A DNA stretch of 63,365 bases, the filler included. It is 5 parts of 5 records of this genome, joined end to end, with 100 filler letters (N's around TTAATTAATTAA, not from the genome) between each part and the next. Parts side by side here need not be neighbours in the genome. Positions count along the whole stretch, not along the records: positions 15,713 to 23,509 come from SRR2962707_2427; positions 23,610 to 37,195 come from SRR2962707_2434; 3 more parts are not named here. The stretch is one strand, 5' to 3'. This document shows positions 20,800 through 30,569 of this stretch, one piece after another. The notes below the pieces were generated by a model. That model made no database searches and had not been told where the DNA came from. It was given only the letters and a program-made list of their open reading frames with translations. The position numbers and the translations under genes were made by a program. Positions within the stretch are counted from its first letter, which is position 1, and each line of letters begins with the position of its first letter.

Positions 20800-21663
20800 A
20801 TGAAGAAAACCGTACTCATTACCGGGGGGAATTCCGGGCTGGGATTGCACAGCGCCGAACAAATGGCCGCGCGCGGCGCCGAGGTGCTGATCGGCTGCCG
20901 GGACCGGACCCGCGGCCAGGCCGCCGTCGCGCACATCAAGAATCACCACCCGCAGGCGCGCGTGCGGCTGTTCGCGCTGGATCTGAGTGATCTTGCTCAA
21001 GTCCGCAGCGCCGCCCGGAGGCTGCGGGACGAAATCGGCGAGTTGGATGTACTGATCAACAATGCCGGAACGGTCCCCACCCGGCAGCAGTTCACCGCCG
21101 ACGGCTATGAAATGCAGTTCGGCGTCAATTATCTCGCCCCGGTGTTGTTCACTCATTTGCTGCTGCCCCTGCTGCGGCAGGCCCCATCCGCCCGTATCCT
21201 GCATGTGGCCTCCGTGGCGCACTGGCTCGGGCGCATCAATTCCCGTACCTGGCGGGGCCGCTTCCCGTATCTGGTGATGGACGCCTACGGCCAGTCGAAG
21301 CTGGGCAACATCCTGTTCAGCAATGTGCTGGCCCAACGGTTGGCGCGTGAGGGCATCACCAGCAATGCCCTGCATCCCGGCGGGGTCGACACCGGCATCT
21401 TCCGCCATGTGCCCGGCCCGCTGCGGACGCTGATCCGACCCACTCTGATCACACCGGAAAAGGCGGCCCTGCTACCGGTTTCCATGGCTCTGGACGAGGA
21501 CTTCGTCGGCGTTACCGGCGGCTATTTTGACGCCCGCGGGCGTGCTCGCCGCTCCCCCAGCGCACGCAACGGCGCGCTGGCGGCACGGCTCTACGAAGAG
21601 ACCACGGCGTTATTGGAACTGACGCCACTGACAGCGGCTCAACCGGCGCGCGTGCCCGGCTGA
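20800..21663 (+). CDS. SDR oxidoreductase, retinol-dehydrogenase/WWOX-like
   Basis: TGGNSGLG, NNAG, FGVNYL, YGQSK, LHPG. Confidence 0.9.
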   Translation: MKKTVLITGGNSGLGLHSAEQMAARGAEVLIGCRDRTRGQAAVAHIKNHHPQARVRLFALDLSDLAQVRSAARRLRDEIGELDVLINNAGTVPTRQQFTADGYEMQFGVNYLAPVLFTHLLLPLLRQAPSARILHVASVAHWLGRINSRTWRGRFPYLVMDAYGQSKLGNILFSNVLAQRLAREGITSNALHPGGVDTGIFRHVPGPLRTLIRPTLITPEKAALLPVSMALDEDFVGVTGGYFDARGRARRSPSARNGALAARLYEETTALLELTPLTAAQPARVPG

Positions 21664-22250
21664 ACCGGGCGCTCCAGGGCGGCGTCCGCCACATGGGCAC
21701 GCAATTCGGGATAGAAACTCAGAAAGGTGTCTTCCAGCACCCCATAGTGGGCGCGGATATCCTCGATGCTGCCGGCGAACGTATTGGCGAAGCGTAACCT
21801 TCCAGCGATACGGTCCAACGCCACGCCCACCGTATCCAGATCGGCGTAATGCCCGAACCAGTCGTTACTCACCAGGCGCCGGGTGGTCTCGCGCATGGGC
21901 CCGGGCATCAGCGGCTGGCCATATTGCAGATGGCGATAATTGGCGCGGATCACTTGCGCCAGGTCTTCGTCATGGAAGCGGGACCAGTGGCGAATGAGAA
22001 AATGGTCGAACAGGACATCCAGCGCCACACCCGCAAAGCGCCGCCGCTGAGGCGAGAAAAGGCGGCGCGAAGCGCGCACTCTCGGATGATGGTCGGTAAA
22101 GCGGTCCACCAGACGGTGATTACGCAAGCCCGCCCGAACCGGATCCGGCAGCGCCTCCTCACGCGTACCCCGCATAAAATCCCCCAGCAGATTGCCGACC
22201 TTGGAGGTCACCGTGGGCTGTGCCAGTACCAAATGAGCAAAATAATTCAT
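21639..22250 (-). CDS. acpH: Acyl carrier protein phosphodiesterase
   Basis: MNYFAHL, GNLLGDF, HRLVDRFTD, DVLFDHFL. Confidence 0.85.
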   Translation of the reverse strand: MNYFAHLVLAQPTVTSKVGNLLGDFMRGTREEALPDPVRAGLRNHRLVDRFTDHHPRVRASRRLFSPQRRRFAGVALDVLFDHFLIRHWSRFHDEDLAQVIRANYRHLQYGQPLMPGPMRETTRRLVSNDWFGHYADLDTVGVALDRIAGRLRFANTFAGSIEDIRAHYGVLEDTFLSFYPELRAHVADAALERPVQPGTRAG

Positions 22251-22450
22251 TGTTTTATCGCGGCGCCGAAACGCCATCCACTTTTGTCTTATTGTAAAAA
22301 CCGTTGATTAATACAATAAGATGAGCAATATATAACCATAAAAGATTAGAACGCGAACCCGCGCGAACCGTAAAAACCGTCGCTTTTGCGACTTCATGCC
22401 CGCCTGACGCCGGATTCGGCGCCGCTTGGGCATTATTGGCGAGGATACCC

Positions 22451-23392
22451 ATGAAAACTGGCCTGGTGGTGGATTCCGGTTGCGACTTGCCCTCTGACTT
22501 TATCAAAGAAAACGGCATCCTGGTGCTGCCGGCGTCGATTCGCATCGGCGACGAGGTCATCGCCGATGACCGTTCTCCCCAACGTACCCGCTCCTTTTAC
22601 GACCGCCAGTTACTGGACAAAGTCCATGACGCGCAGTCCCTGCCCGCCACCGTGGCGCAAATCAAACAGCTTTTTCTCGAACAGGTCGTGACCCACTGCG
22701 ACTACGCGCTGGTGGAAACCGTACTGCAAAGCCGCAGCCCGATCTTCCACAACGCCACGGAAGCAGCCCACGGCATCCTGTCCGAGTACCGGGCGGTGCG
22801 TGACCGGGCCGGCCTGCAGGGACCGTTCGCGGTGCGGGTGATCGACAGTCAGACCCTGTTCGCCGGTCAGGGCGCGCTGGCGGCGGAAACCGTGCGGCTG
22901 ATGGCCACCGGCATGCGCGGCGCCGAATTGCGCGCCCGGGTCAGCGCCCTGGCCGGCAAAGCCACCGGCTACGCGGTGGTGCCCGATCTCTACTATCTGC
23001 GGCAGAGAGCCCGCAAGAAAGGCGACAACAGCGTGGGACTGGTGGGCGCGTTACTGGGCTCGGCCCTGGATATCAAACCGATTCTTTGCGCGCGCGGCGG
23101 CGAGACTTTCCCGGTGGCCAAGATTCGCGGCTTCGCCCAGGGCGTGGCGCGTTTGTTCGAACATGGCACGCGCTGTATCGAAAAGGGACTGCTGTCGCCG
23201 GTACTGTGCGTGAGCTACGCCGGTGATCCCCAGGCGGTGTATCAAATGCCGGGCTTCGAGGCGCTGAAAAGGTGCGCCGACCGCCATCAGGTCAGGCTGC
23301 TGGTAAGCAGTATGGGGCTCACCGGCAGCGTCAATATCGGCCCCGGCGCACTCAGTATCGGACTGCTGGCCGAGCAGCAGGATTTCGCTTAG
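22451..23392 (+). CDS. DegV family fatty acid-binding protein
   Basis: VDSGCDLP, VIDSQTL, LGSALDIKPIL, GPGALSIG; RBS GAGG before ATG 22451. Confidence 0.88.
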   Translation: MKTGLVVDSGCDLPSDFIKENGILVLPASIRIGDEVIADDRSPQRTRSFYDRQLLDKVHDAQSLPATVAQIKQLFLEQVVTHCDYALVETVLQSRSPIFHNATEAAHGILSEYRAVRDRAGLQGPFAVRVIDSQTLFAGQGALAAETVRLMATGMRGAELRARVSALAGKATGYAVVPDLYYLRQRARKKGDNSVGLVGALLGSALDIKPILCARGGETFPVAKIRGFAQGVARLFEHGTRCIEKGLLSPVLCVSYAGDPQAVYQMPGFEALKRCADRHQVRLLVSSMGLTGSVNIGPGALSIGLLAEQQDFA

Positions 23393-23488
23393 CCCCGCTT
23401 TCAGTCCACACGTGGGCCAGTGCGCTTACATGCAACACGCTGATTCGCTACCAAGGCAACTTCCCACAGACTTGACTAAGAAGCCGCT

Positions 23489-23509
23489 GTAGGAGCTTGC
23501 CTGCAAGCG
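23489..23509 (+). repeat. GTAG-family REP element at contig end
   Basis: GTAGGA followed by palindrome GCTTGC-CT-GCAAGC; the assembly breaks here. Confidence 0.7.
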
Positions 23510-23609
23510 NNNNNNNNNNNNNNNNNNNNNNNNNNNNNNNNNNNNNNNNNNNNTTAATTAATTAANNNNNNNNNNNNNNNNNNNNNNNNNNNNNNNNNNN
23601 NNNNNNNNN
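23510..23609. other. Artificial contig spacer
   Basis: N44-TTAATTAATTAA-N44. Confidence 0.98.
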
Positions 23610-23632
23610 GTACATGCATCATTTCAAAGCGA

Positions 23633-23675
23633 TACAGCGTCCTTTGCGCATCCAATTGGGTGCGCGGCGTTGTAG
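23633..23675. repeat. Rhizobial RIME-like intergenic palindrome
   Basis: TACAGCG-TCCTTTGCGCATCCAATTGGGTGCGCGG-CGTTGTAG imperfect hairpin; resembles recalled Rhizobiaceae intergenic repeats. Confidence 0.55.
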
Positions 23676-23691
23676 GGAGCAGCAGAGACTG

Positions 23692-24168
23692 ATGAATTTG
23701 CCTGAGAAGCCAGCCACAGAGCTCTCGAACGACCAATCCCTGGCATTGGAAGGCTTCCTTCCCTACCGTCTTGCTCGGGCGGCCGAGATCATCAGCCGGC
23801 AGTTTGCCACACTCTACCGCGAACGGCACGGACTGACGCGGCCGGAATGGCGGACACTGGCAACAATCGGTCAGTTCGGTCGGATAACAGCCACCGAAAT
23901 CGGTGCCCATTCATCCATGCACAAAACCAAGGTCAGCCGCGCTATCCGCGCGCTCGAGGAACGCAAATGGATCTCCCGCCAGGCTGACGAGATCGATCGC
24001 CGGGTCGAGCACATCGAATTGACCCGCGAAGGCCGCACTCACTACCGCGATCTTGTCACCCTTGCCCGCACCTATGAGGCCAAGCTGCTCGAAACCCTCG
24101 GGCAAACCGGTGCAAATCAGCTTGAGACAGGCATTTCCACTATCGAGACCCGTTTTACCGGTTCCTGA
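23692..24168 (+). CDS. MarR family transcriptional regulator
   Basis: FLPYRL, GLTRPEWR, HKTKVSRA, DRR wing motif. Confidence 0.9.
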   Translation: MNLPEKPATELSNDQSLALEGFLPYRLARAAEIISRQFATLYRERHGLTRPEWRTLATIGQFGRITATEIGAHSSMHKTKVSRAIRALEERKWISRQADEIDRRVEHIELTREGRTHYRDLVTLARTYEAKLLETLGQTGANQLETGISTIETRFTGS

Positions 24169-24183
24169 TCAGGGAAAACCGCA

Positions 24184-24208
24184 GCGCATCCCATCTAATT
24201 GGATGCGC
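24184..24208. repeat. Short palindrome related to the 23633 element
   Basis: GCGCATCC-N9-GGATGCGC between converging marR and gnd. Confidence 0.5.
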
Positions 24209-24267
24209 AACGCACGGAACATTCCTCTGAAAAGACCCGCTACCGCAGCCTTTGAAACCACGGTGTA

Positions 24268-25680
24268 TCAACCACCCCAGGGGCCGTGGTGTTCTCCTTC
24301 GGCATCCAGTCGTTCAAATCCGTGCGCGCCAAAAAAATCGCGCTGCGCCTGGATAAGGTTGGCGGTCCCGCGTTCACGACGATAAGTATCGAAATACCCC
24401 AGCGCGCTGGCCAGTGCCGGAACCGGCAAGCCGTTCAAGGCCGCTTCGGCGACAACCCGCCGCAGGGATTGATCCGTGTCTTCGATCATCTTCGAAAACG
24501 CCGGGGTCAGCGCCAGGTTTGGCACGTCGGGATCCTGGGTGAATGCTGTGGCGATTTCATCCAGAAACCGGGATCTGATAATGCAGCCCGCGCGCCAGAT
24601 GCGGGCAATTGTTGCCATCGGCAGGTTCCATCCAAACTCCTGTGATGCCGCAGCCATCACGGCAAAGCCTTGCGCATAGGCTGCCACCTTGCCCGCAAGC
24701 AGGGCCTTTTCGAGGTCATCGACGACCTGCTGCCCCTCGCGCCGCCCCTGCTGTTTGGGAGTTCCGAAGCGCGCCTGGGCTTTTGCCCTTTGCGTCCGCA
24801 TCGCCGAAAGACTTCGGGCCGCGACTGCGGCCTCGATCGCCGTTGCCGGCACACCCATCATCTGGCTTTCGATAACCGACCAGCGGCCTGTCCCCTTCTG
24901 ACCCGCGGCATCCACGATGATATCGACGATAGGACGTCCCGTGGCCGCATCCTCAACCCTGAGGACTTCCGCGGTAATATCGATCAGATAGGAATCCAGC
25001 GGCCCGCTGGACCAGGCCGAGAATACGGCCGCAATCGATGCCGCATCCATTGAAAGATGATCGCGCATCACGCCGTAGACCTCGGCGATCATCTGCATGT
25101 CAGCATATTCGATGCCGTTGTGAATGGTCTTGACGAAGTGCCCTGCACCGTTTTCACCAAGCCATGCCGCACAGGGCTCGCCCTGGTATTTGGCGGAAAT
25201 TGCAGTCAGAACCGGTTCAACCCGACGCCAGGCTTCTTCCGCGCCACCAACCATGATCGATGGCCCGCGGCGCGCACCTTCTTCACCGCCTGAAACACCC
25301 ATGCCGATGAATGTGAGGCCAGACCCTTCGAGGTCGGTGAAACGTCGCATCGTGTCGCGGAAATTGGCATTGCCCGCATCGATGATGATGTCATTGGCGT
25401 CGAGCAGAGGTTTCAGCGCTGCGATCTGCTGATCCACCGGTTCACCGGCCTTGACCATGATGATGACCGGACGTGGCGGACGGATGGCGGCAACAAAGTC
25501 TTCGAGCGTTGCGCAGGCAGTTACGCGGTCGGACAGCTCTCCCGCCGCAGCAGCAAACGCGTCAGTTCGCGACGATGTCCGGTTGTAAACGGCAACATGA
25601 TAGCCGTTGTCGGCAATATTGAGCGCCAGATTGGCGCCCATGACACCCAACCCGATAACACCTATTTCCGCTTCGGCCAT
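24268..25680 (-). CDS. gnd: 6-phosphogluconate dehydrogenase (decarboxylating)
   Basis: GLGVMG, GVSGGEEGAR, VKTIHNGIEY, QKGTGRW, QAQRDFFGAH; RBS AGGAG before ATG 25680. Confidence 0.96.
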   Translation of the reverse strand: MAEAEIGVIGLGVMGANLALNIADNGYHVAVYNRTSSRTDAFAAAAGELSDRVTACATLEDFVAAIRPPRPVIIMVKAGEPVDQQIAALKPLLDANDIIIDAGNANFRDTMRRFTDLEGSGLTFIGMGVSGGEEGARRGPSIMVGGAEEAWRRVEPVLTAISAKYQGEPCAAWLGENGAGHFVKTIHNGIEYADMQMIAEVYGVMRDHLSMDAASIAAVFSAWSSGPLDSYLIDITAEVLRVEDAATGRPIVDIIVDAAGQKGTGRWSVIESQMMGVPATAIEAAVAARSLSAMRTQRAKAQARFGTPKQQGRREGQQVVDDLEKALLAGKVAAYAQGFAVMAAASQEFGWNLPMATIARIWRAGCIIRSRFLDEIATAFTQDPDVPNLALTPAFSKMIEDTDQSLRRVVAEAALNGLPVPALASALGYFDTYRRERGTANLIQAQRDFFGAHGFERLDAEGEHHGPWGG

Positions 25681-25935
25681 ACGAGCCTCTCCTTTTTGAG
25701 CCAACGCCCGGTTCCGGGCCTGAGTGCATCCGGAGACCCGGCAACGCACAAATCCGCAAGTGCCACAGCATGGCGTTCACGCCCGGCCAGACACCACAAC
25801 TGTATTACAATAAGATAAAACTTGTGACCCAAGCCGCATCAGGCGGCAAGCACCACGGCCCGCAAACTTGTTACATTGCCACAGTTTTGATGTTGCGGGC
25901 ATCGCTCTGAGATGACCACGGAGGATCTGGTTCGA

Positions 25936-26094
25936 TCAATCCGGTTTGGGCTTGTCGTCCCCATCGTCCAGCACCCGCCAGGCGGCACCTTCGAGATCAT
26001 CATACTGACCGCTTTTCATCGACCACAAGAATGCAGCCAACCCCAAGGCGCCGAGAAACAGCGCGATCGGGATCAGGTAGATCAGGATACTCAT
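25936..26094 (-). CDS. ccoS: cbb3 oxidase maturation protein CcoS/FixS (52 aa, absent from ORF track)
   Basis: MSILIYLIPIALFLGALGLAAFLWSMKSGQYDDLEGAAWRVL; ATGA overlap with fixI. Confidence 0.92.
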   Translation of the reverse strand: MSILIYLIPIALFLGALGLAAFLWSMKSGQYDDLEGAAWRVLDDGDDKPKPD

Positions 26095-28409
26095 GCCGAC
26101 ACCTCAAGACCGGTGCCGGAAGCGGATACGGCAGAAACCTGACTGGGGGCCTGCCGGGCAAAGCTCTCAACCTTGGTCTTGCGGCGCAGTCTCAGCGAAT
26201 TCAACACCACCAGGATTGAAGAGGACGACATCGCGACAGCCGCAATCAGCGGAGTGGCGTGCCCCAGAACTGCAGCCGGGACCGCCACGCAGTTGTAGAT
26301 GATCGCAAGCGCGAAATTTTGCCGGATCAGGCTGCCCGCCTTTCGTGACACCGCAATCGCCAGGGGAACCGCCTCGAGCGAATCATGCAGGAACACAAAG
26401 TCCGCTGCCATGCGGCCGACATCCGCGGCACTGGCCGGTGCCATGGATACATGCGCAGCCGATAGAGCCGGCGCGTCATTGAGGCCGTCCCCCACCATCA
26501 GGGGCTTGCCACCTGCTGCCGCCAGCGCCTGCACCCGTTCAACCTTGCCGCGTGGACGAACACCGGCAACATATTGCGTGACGCCAAGCTCCGCTGCCAG
26601 AGCCTTCACTGGCGCTTCGCGATCGCCGGACAGGATTTCAACGTCTACGCCAAGCGCGGACAAACGCACTACCGCTTGAGCAGCACCACGCCGCGCCTGA
26701 TCGGAAAACAGGAAGACATCCAGAAACCGGCCATCGCGGGAGAGGATCACCTGGCTCGAGTCGGTCGCGCGTTCAAATCCGTCAGTTTGGCCATCAAGTG
26801 CAAATGCGCTGCGGCCGAGACGATACACCACGCCGTCGGGCGCCCTCGCCTCCACCCCGTCGCCGGGGCTCTCGACGATGTCAAAATCCGGAAGATCGTT
26901 TGCGCCCTGATCGAACGTCGCAAGCGTTCTGCTCAAGGGATGCCGCGAGGCTCTTGCGATCCGCGCTGCGATGCGCAGATGTTCGCCGTCCACGGAAGCG
27001 GAATTGATCAGTTGCGGCCTGCCCTGGGTCAACGTCCCGGTCTTGTCGAAGACAACATAGTCGGTCTGCGCCATGCGTTCCATCGCAGAACCATCCTTGA
27101 CCATGATGCCGTTCTCGAACAGGCGGCCTGCGGCAATCACCTGAACTACAGGCACCGCCAGCCCCAGCGCGCAGGGACAGGTGATGATCAACACAGCGAC
27201 GGCAGTCAACATCGCCATGCGCCAGTCGCCCGAAACCACCATCCAGCCGATGAAGGTGCCGAGCGCCAGAAGATGCACCGCAGGCGCGTAGATCGCCGAA
27301 GCCCGGTCGGCAATCCGGCGGTACCCTGCCCGGCCGCTCTCGGCGGCTTCCATCATCGAGACCATCTCTGCCAGAAATGAATTCTGCGCGCTGCGCGTGG
27401 CTTCAAGCACAAGCGGACCTGTCAGATTGAGCGTGCCCGCAGGCGTCAGCGATCCGGCTTCCACCAGCTGCGGCGCGCTCTCGCCATTGACCACAGCAAA
27501 ATCCATGTCAGAGCGGCCTGAGACAATCCGCCCGTCCACCGGAATCCGGTCACCCGGCGAAATCGCCAGTCGCATGCCCGGCTCGATCTCGCCGAGTGCG
27601 AGATACTCACGGCTGCCGTCATCCTTGATCAACATTGCACCGCGCGGCGACAGGCGCACCAGATTGCGAACCGCAGACCGGGCCTTCTCACGCATCATGT
27701 GGTCAAGCGTACGTCCAGCGAGAAGAAAGAACAGCAGTGTCACTGAAGCGTCGAAATAGGCGTGTTCACCGTGGGTGATCGTCTCGAAAAGCGAAATCGC
27801 GTAGGCCAGAATCACACCAAGCGAGATCGGCACGTCCATGTTGGCCCGGCCGTGCCTGAGTGCGCCCCAGGCCGACACGAAGAAAACCCGGCCGGAGTAA
27901 ACCAGAGCTGGCGCAGCAATCAGCGCCGAAATCCAGTGAAACAGATCCCGCGTTGCCGCTTCCGCCCCGGACCAGACCGAGACCGACAGCAGCATCACAT
28001 TCATCGAGGCAAAACCGGCCACCGCCAGTGCCTTGAGCAACTCGCGAAACACCGGGTCGCCTGCTTCGTCGGCACCGCCTGGCAAATGCGCAGGATACCC
28101 CAGCGCATTGAATTTCTCGCCCAGTGCGGTGAGCACGGTTTCCGGATCGTCCCTGTCGTCAAACACCACCGCAACCCGCCGGGTCGACAGGTTGACCCGG
28201 GCGTGATCGACATTCGTCAGTTTCGGCAGTTCGCGTTCCAGCAACGCAATGCAAGCGCCGCAATGGACGCCGGGAACGATCAGATCGACCTGACGCAATC
28301 CCTCGCCCAGCGGACGGCTGGAGAGCCACATTTCTTCTGCTGACGGTGCTTCGGTTTTCAGCGCCTCAAGCTCCGCAGCGCTTTCCGTGCCCGCTGCGCA
28401 ACAGCTCAC
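26091..28409 (-). CDS. fixI: Cu-translocating P1B ATPase FixI/CcoI
   Basis: CGAC metal-binding domain, CPC, DKTGT, GDGLNDAP, YN. Confidence 0.95.
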   Translation of the reverse strand: MSCCAAGTESAAELEALKTEAPSAEEMWLSSRPLGEGLRQVDLIVPGVHCGACIALLERELPKLTNVDHARVNLSTRRVAVVFDDRDDPETVLTALGEKFNALGYPAHLPGGADEAGDPVFRELLKALAVAGFASMNVMLLSVSVWSGAEAATRDLFHWISALIAAPALVYSGRVFFVSAWGALRHGRANMDVPISLGVILAYAISLFETITHGEHAYFDASVTLLFFLLAGRTLDHMMREKARSAVRNLVRLSPRGAMLIKDDGSREYLALGEIEPGMRLAISPGDRIPVDGRIVSGRSDMDFAVVNGESAPQLVEAGSLTPAGTLNLTGPLVLEATRSAQNSFLAEMVSMMEAAESGRAGYRRIADRASAIYAPAVHLLALGTFIGWMVVSGDWRMAMLTAVAVLIITCPCALGLAVPVVQVIAAGRLFENGIMVKDGSAMERMAQTDYVVFDKTGTLTQGRPQLINSASVDGEHLRIAARIARASRHPLSRTLATFDQGANDLPDFDIVESPGDGVEARAPDGVVYRLGRSAFALDGQTDGFERATDSSQVILSRDGRFLDVFLFSDQARRGAAQAVVRLSALGVDVEILSGDREAPVKALAAELGVTQYVAGVRPRGKVERVQALAAAGGKPLMVGDGLNDAPALSAAHVSMAPASAADVGRMAADFVFLHDSLEAVPLAIAVSRKAGSLIRQNFALAIIYNCVAVPAAVLGHATPLIAAVAMSSSSILVVLNSLRLRRKTKVESFARQAPSQVSAVSASGTGLEVSA

Positions 28410-28918
28410 AGTTTAAGGCTCCCATCCGCCCTGACATGAAAACGGTGCCCGCGCTTGTAAAGGGTCTCATTGTCACGTGTTGCCGTAACGGTGGCAATCC
28501 ACTCGCCTTCCGCCAACGCACCTGCTGCCCGGTAGACCCCGTCAGGATCGCGCATCAGCACCAATTCACGGTCCTGATGCGTGCCGACCGGCCGTCGCAA
28601 CTGGACGAAAATGCTGTCGGCAACAGCGGGGGCACCCTTGCTATCAGTGAAGGCGATAGACAGGCCCTCGGCGTTGGAATCGAGATCAGCCTGATAGCCC
28701 AGCGCGGCAATGGCACGCGATTGCGCTGCCCTGCCGTTGAATTCCTGGCTGGCCACATAGGTGTTGGGAACAACCAGCCCGCTCCAGGTGGTCACAGCAA
28801 ACCGCGCCATAATCAGATTGACGGTGATGATCACCCCGAAGAACGCCACCATGGTTGCCAGCATGTGCCTGCCAGTAAATTCCTTGGGCCGGAAGATTGC
28901 CCGGATCATTTGCATCAT
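28406..28918 (-). CDS. fixH: FixH/CcoH protein
   Basis: FTGRHML...FFGVIITVN...YVASQEFN; between fixG and fixI. Confidence 0.92.
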   Translation of the reverse strand: MMQMIRAIFRPKEFTGRHMLATMVAFFGVIITVNLIMARFAVTTWSGLVVPNTYVASQEFNGRAAQSRAIAALGYQADLDSNAEGLSIAFTDSKGAPAVADSIFVQLRRPVGTHQDRELVLMRDPDGVYRAAGALAEGEWIATVTATRDNETLYKRGHRFHVRADGSLKL

Positions 28919-30510
28919 CGTGTCTCCGGCCCGTGGAAATTGGCAGTATAGCTGTCGCGTTCGAAACTGGACTTGTCTTCGGCGACAAAACGGAATGTCG
29001 CGGTCTCCGGGGTGACAAATTCCTTCGGCTGAAGAACATTGACCCGAAGCTCGCGAAGGCGGTCGGGATCGACCGGGATGGCAAACGCAACCCCCGCTGG
29101 TTGATCAATGCCTGGAATTTTCATGGTGGCACCCGGAAGCCCTTCAATCGACAGAAAAATGGTCCGTGGTTCCGGGATCATGTTGAGGATCTTGACCGAA
29201 TAGCCGTTGCGGATGTCGCCATTGGATTCCAGCACAAATTGCGGATTGCGGTCATGCAGAACATTGACCTCAAGCCGGTCGCGCGACAACAGCGCAACAA
29301 TGAGCCCGATTCCGACAGCCGACCATACCCCCATATACAACAGCGAGCGCGCCCGAAACACAATGCGCCAGTTGAAATGTTTGACCGCATCGACGAACCC
29401 GCCATCGATCGTGCGCGTGCGCCGCGGGTCCAGAGTGCCGGTTTCCGGATCCTGAGCGATCGCCATGTTCTCGGCATAGTCGGACAGGGTGGCGTAGGAG
29501 ATCAGCCCGCGCGGCCGGTCCAGCTTGTCCATGATGTTGTCGCATGCATCGATGCACAGCGCACAGGTGATACATTCAAGCTGCTGGCCGTCGCGGATAT
29601 CGATGCCCATCGGGCAAACCGCAACACAGGCATTGCAATCCACGCAATCGCCTTGAACGATCCCTTGCGCCGCAGCTTTCTTGGCATGGCGTCCGCGGGG
29701 TTCACCACGCCAGTCATTATAGGTCACCACAAGCGAGTTTTCGTCCAGCATTGCCGCCTGAATGCGCGGCCATGGACACATGTAGATGCACACCTGCTCG
29801 CGCATCAGCCCGCCGAAGGTGTAGGTGGTCGCCGTCAGCACCGCCACGGTGATATAGGCAATCGGCGCGGCGTTGCCGGTCAGGAATTCGACCAGCAGGG
29901 TCGGCGCGTCGGCAAAGTAGAAAATCCAAGCTCCACCGGTCGCAACCCCGATAAAGATCCAGATCGCGTGCTTGGAAACCCGCTTGAACAGCTTGCCGGC
30001 GCTCCAGGGTGCGCTGTCGAGTTTCATGCGCTGGTTACGATCGCCCTCGATCGCCCGCTCGACCACCAGGAAAAGGTCAACCCAGACTGTCTGCGGACAG
30101 GTATACCCACACCAGGCGCGGCCCACAGCAGAGGTAATCAGGAACAGCCCGAACCCGGCCATAACCAAGAGCCCGGCGACAAAGAAGAACTCCTGCGGCC
30201 AGATCTCGATGAAAAAGAAGTAGAACCGCCGGTTGGCGACATCAAGCAGCACGGCCTGATCGGGCGCAAACGGACCGCGGTCCCATCTCAGCCAGGGCGT
30301 GATGTAGTAGATCCCCAGCGTAACCAGCATTACCAGCCACTTGAAGCGACGATACGTCCCTTCAGCGCGCTTGGGAAATATCTTCTTGCGCGCTTCATAC
30401 AGCGGTTTGCGCTTCCAGGCAGCATTGACCGCCTCAGCCTCAAGCCGTTCGATCTCATCGGGATCACTGGAAATGTCGGGGGTCGTTTGCGTGTTCATTT
30501 CGGGCACCAT
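28915..30510 (-). CDS. fixG: FixG/CcoG cbb3 accessory protein (4Fe-4S)
   Basis: RAWCGYTCPQT, CIYMCPW, CVDCNACVAVCP, CITCALCIDAC. Confidence 0.95.
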   Translation of the reverse strand: MVPEMNTQTTPDISSDPDEIERLEAEAVNAAWKRKPLYEARKKIFPKRAEGTYRRFKWLVMLVTLGIYYITPWLRWDRGPFAPDQAVLLDVANRRFYFFFIEIWPQEFFFVAGLLVMAGFGLFLITSAVGRAWCGYTCPQTVWVDLFLVVERAIEGDRNQRMKLDSAPWSAGKLFKRVSKHAIWIFIGVATGGAWIFYFADAPTLLVEFLTGNAAPIAYITVAVLTATTYTFGGLMREQVCIYMCPWPRIQAAMLDENSLVVTYNDWRGEPRGRHAKKAAAQGIVQGDCVDCNACVAVCPMGIDIRDGQQLECITCALCIDACDNIMDKLDRPRGLISYATLSDYAENMAIAQDPETGTLDPRRTRTIDGGFVDAVKHFNWRIVFRARSLLYMGVWSAVGIGLIVALLSRDRLEVNVLHDRNPQFVLESNGDIRNGYSVKILNMIPEPRTIFLSIEGLPGATMKIPGIDQPAGVAFAIPVDPDRLRELRVNVLQPKEFVTPETATFRFVAEDKSSFERDSYTANFHGPETR

Positions 30511-30551
30511 GGATTAGGATCGCACAATGCATCCACGGTCGTCCATATGCC

Positions 30552-30565
30552 TTGATCAAGATCAA
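30552..30565. promoter_or_regulatory. FixK/FNR box of fixGHIS
   Basis: Perfect TTGAT-CAAG-ATCAA ~40 bp upstream of fixG and 4 bp from the dmdA stop. Confidence 0.88.
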
Positions 30566-30569
30566 TCCA

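Noticed and set aside
28897-30555. 552-aa plus-strand ORF and similar long overlapping ORFs (19064-20515, 45066-46253, 39237-40247, 6394-7458)
   Set aside because: Antisense or off-frame shadows of well-supported genes in GC-rich DNA, with no recognisable motifs.
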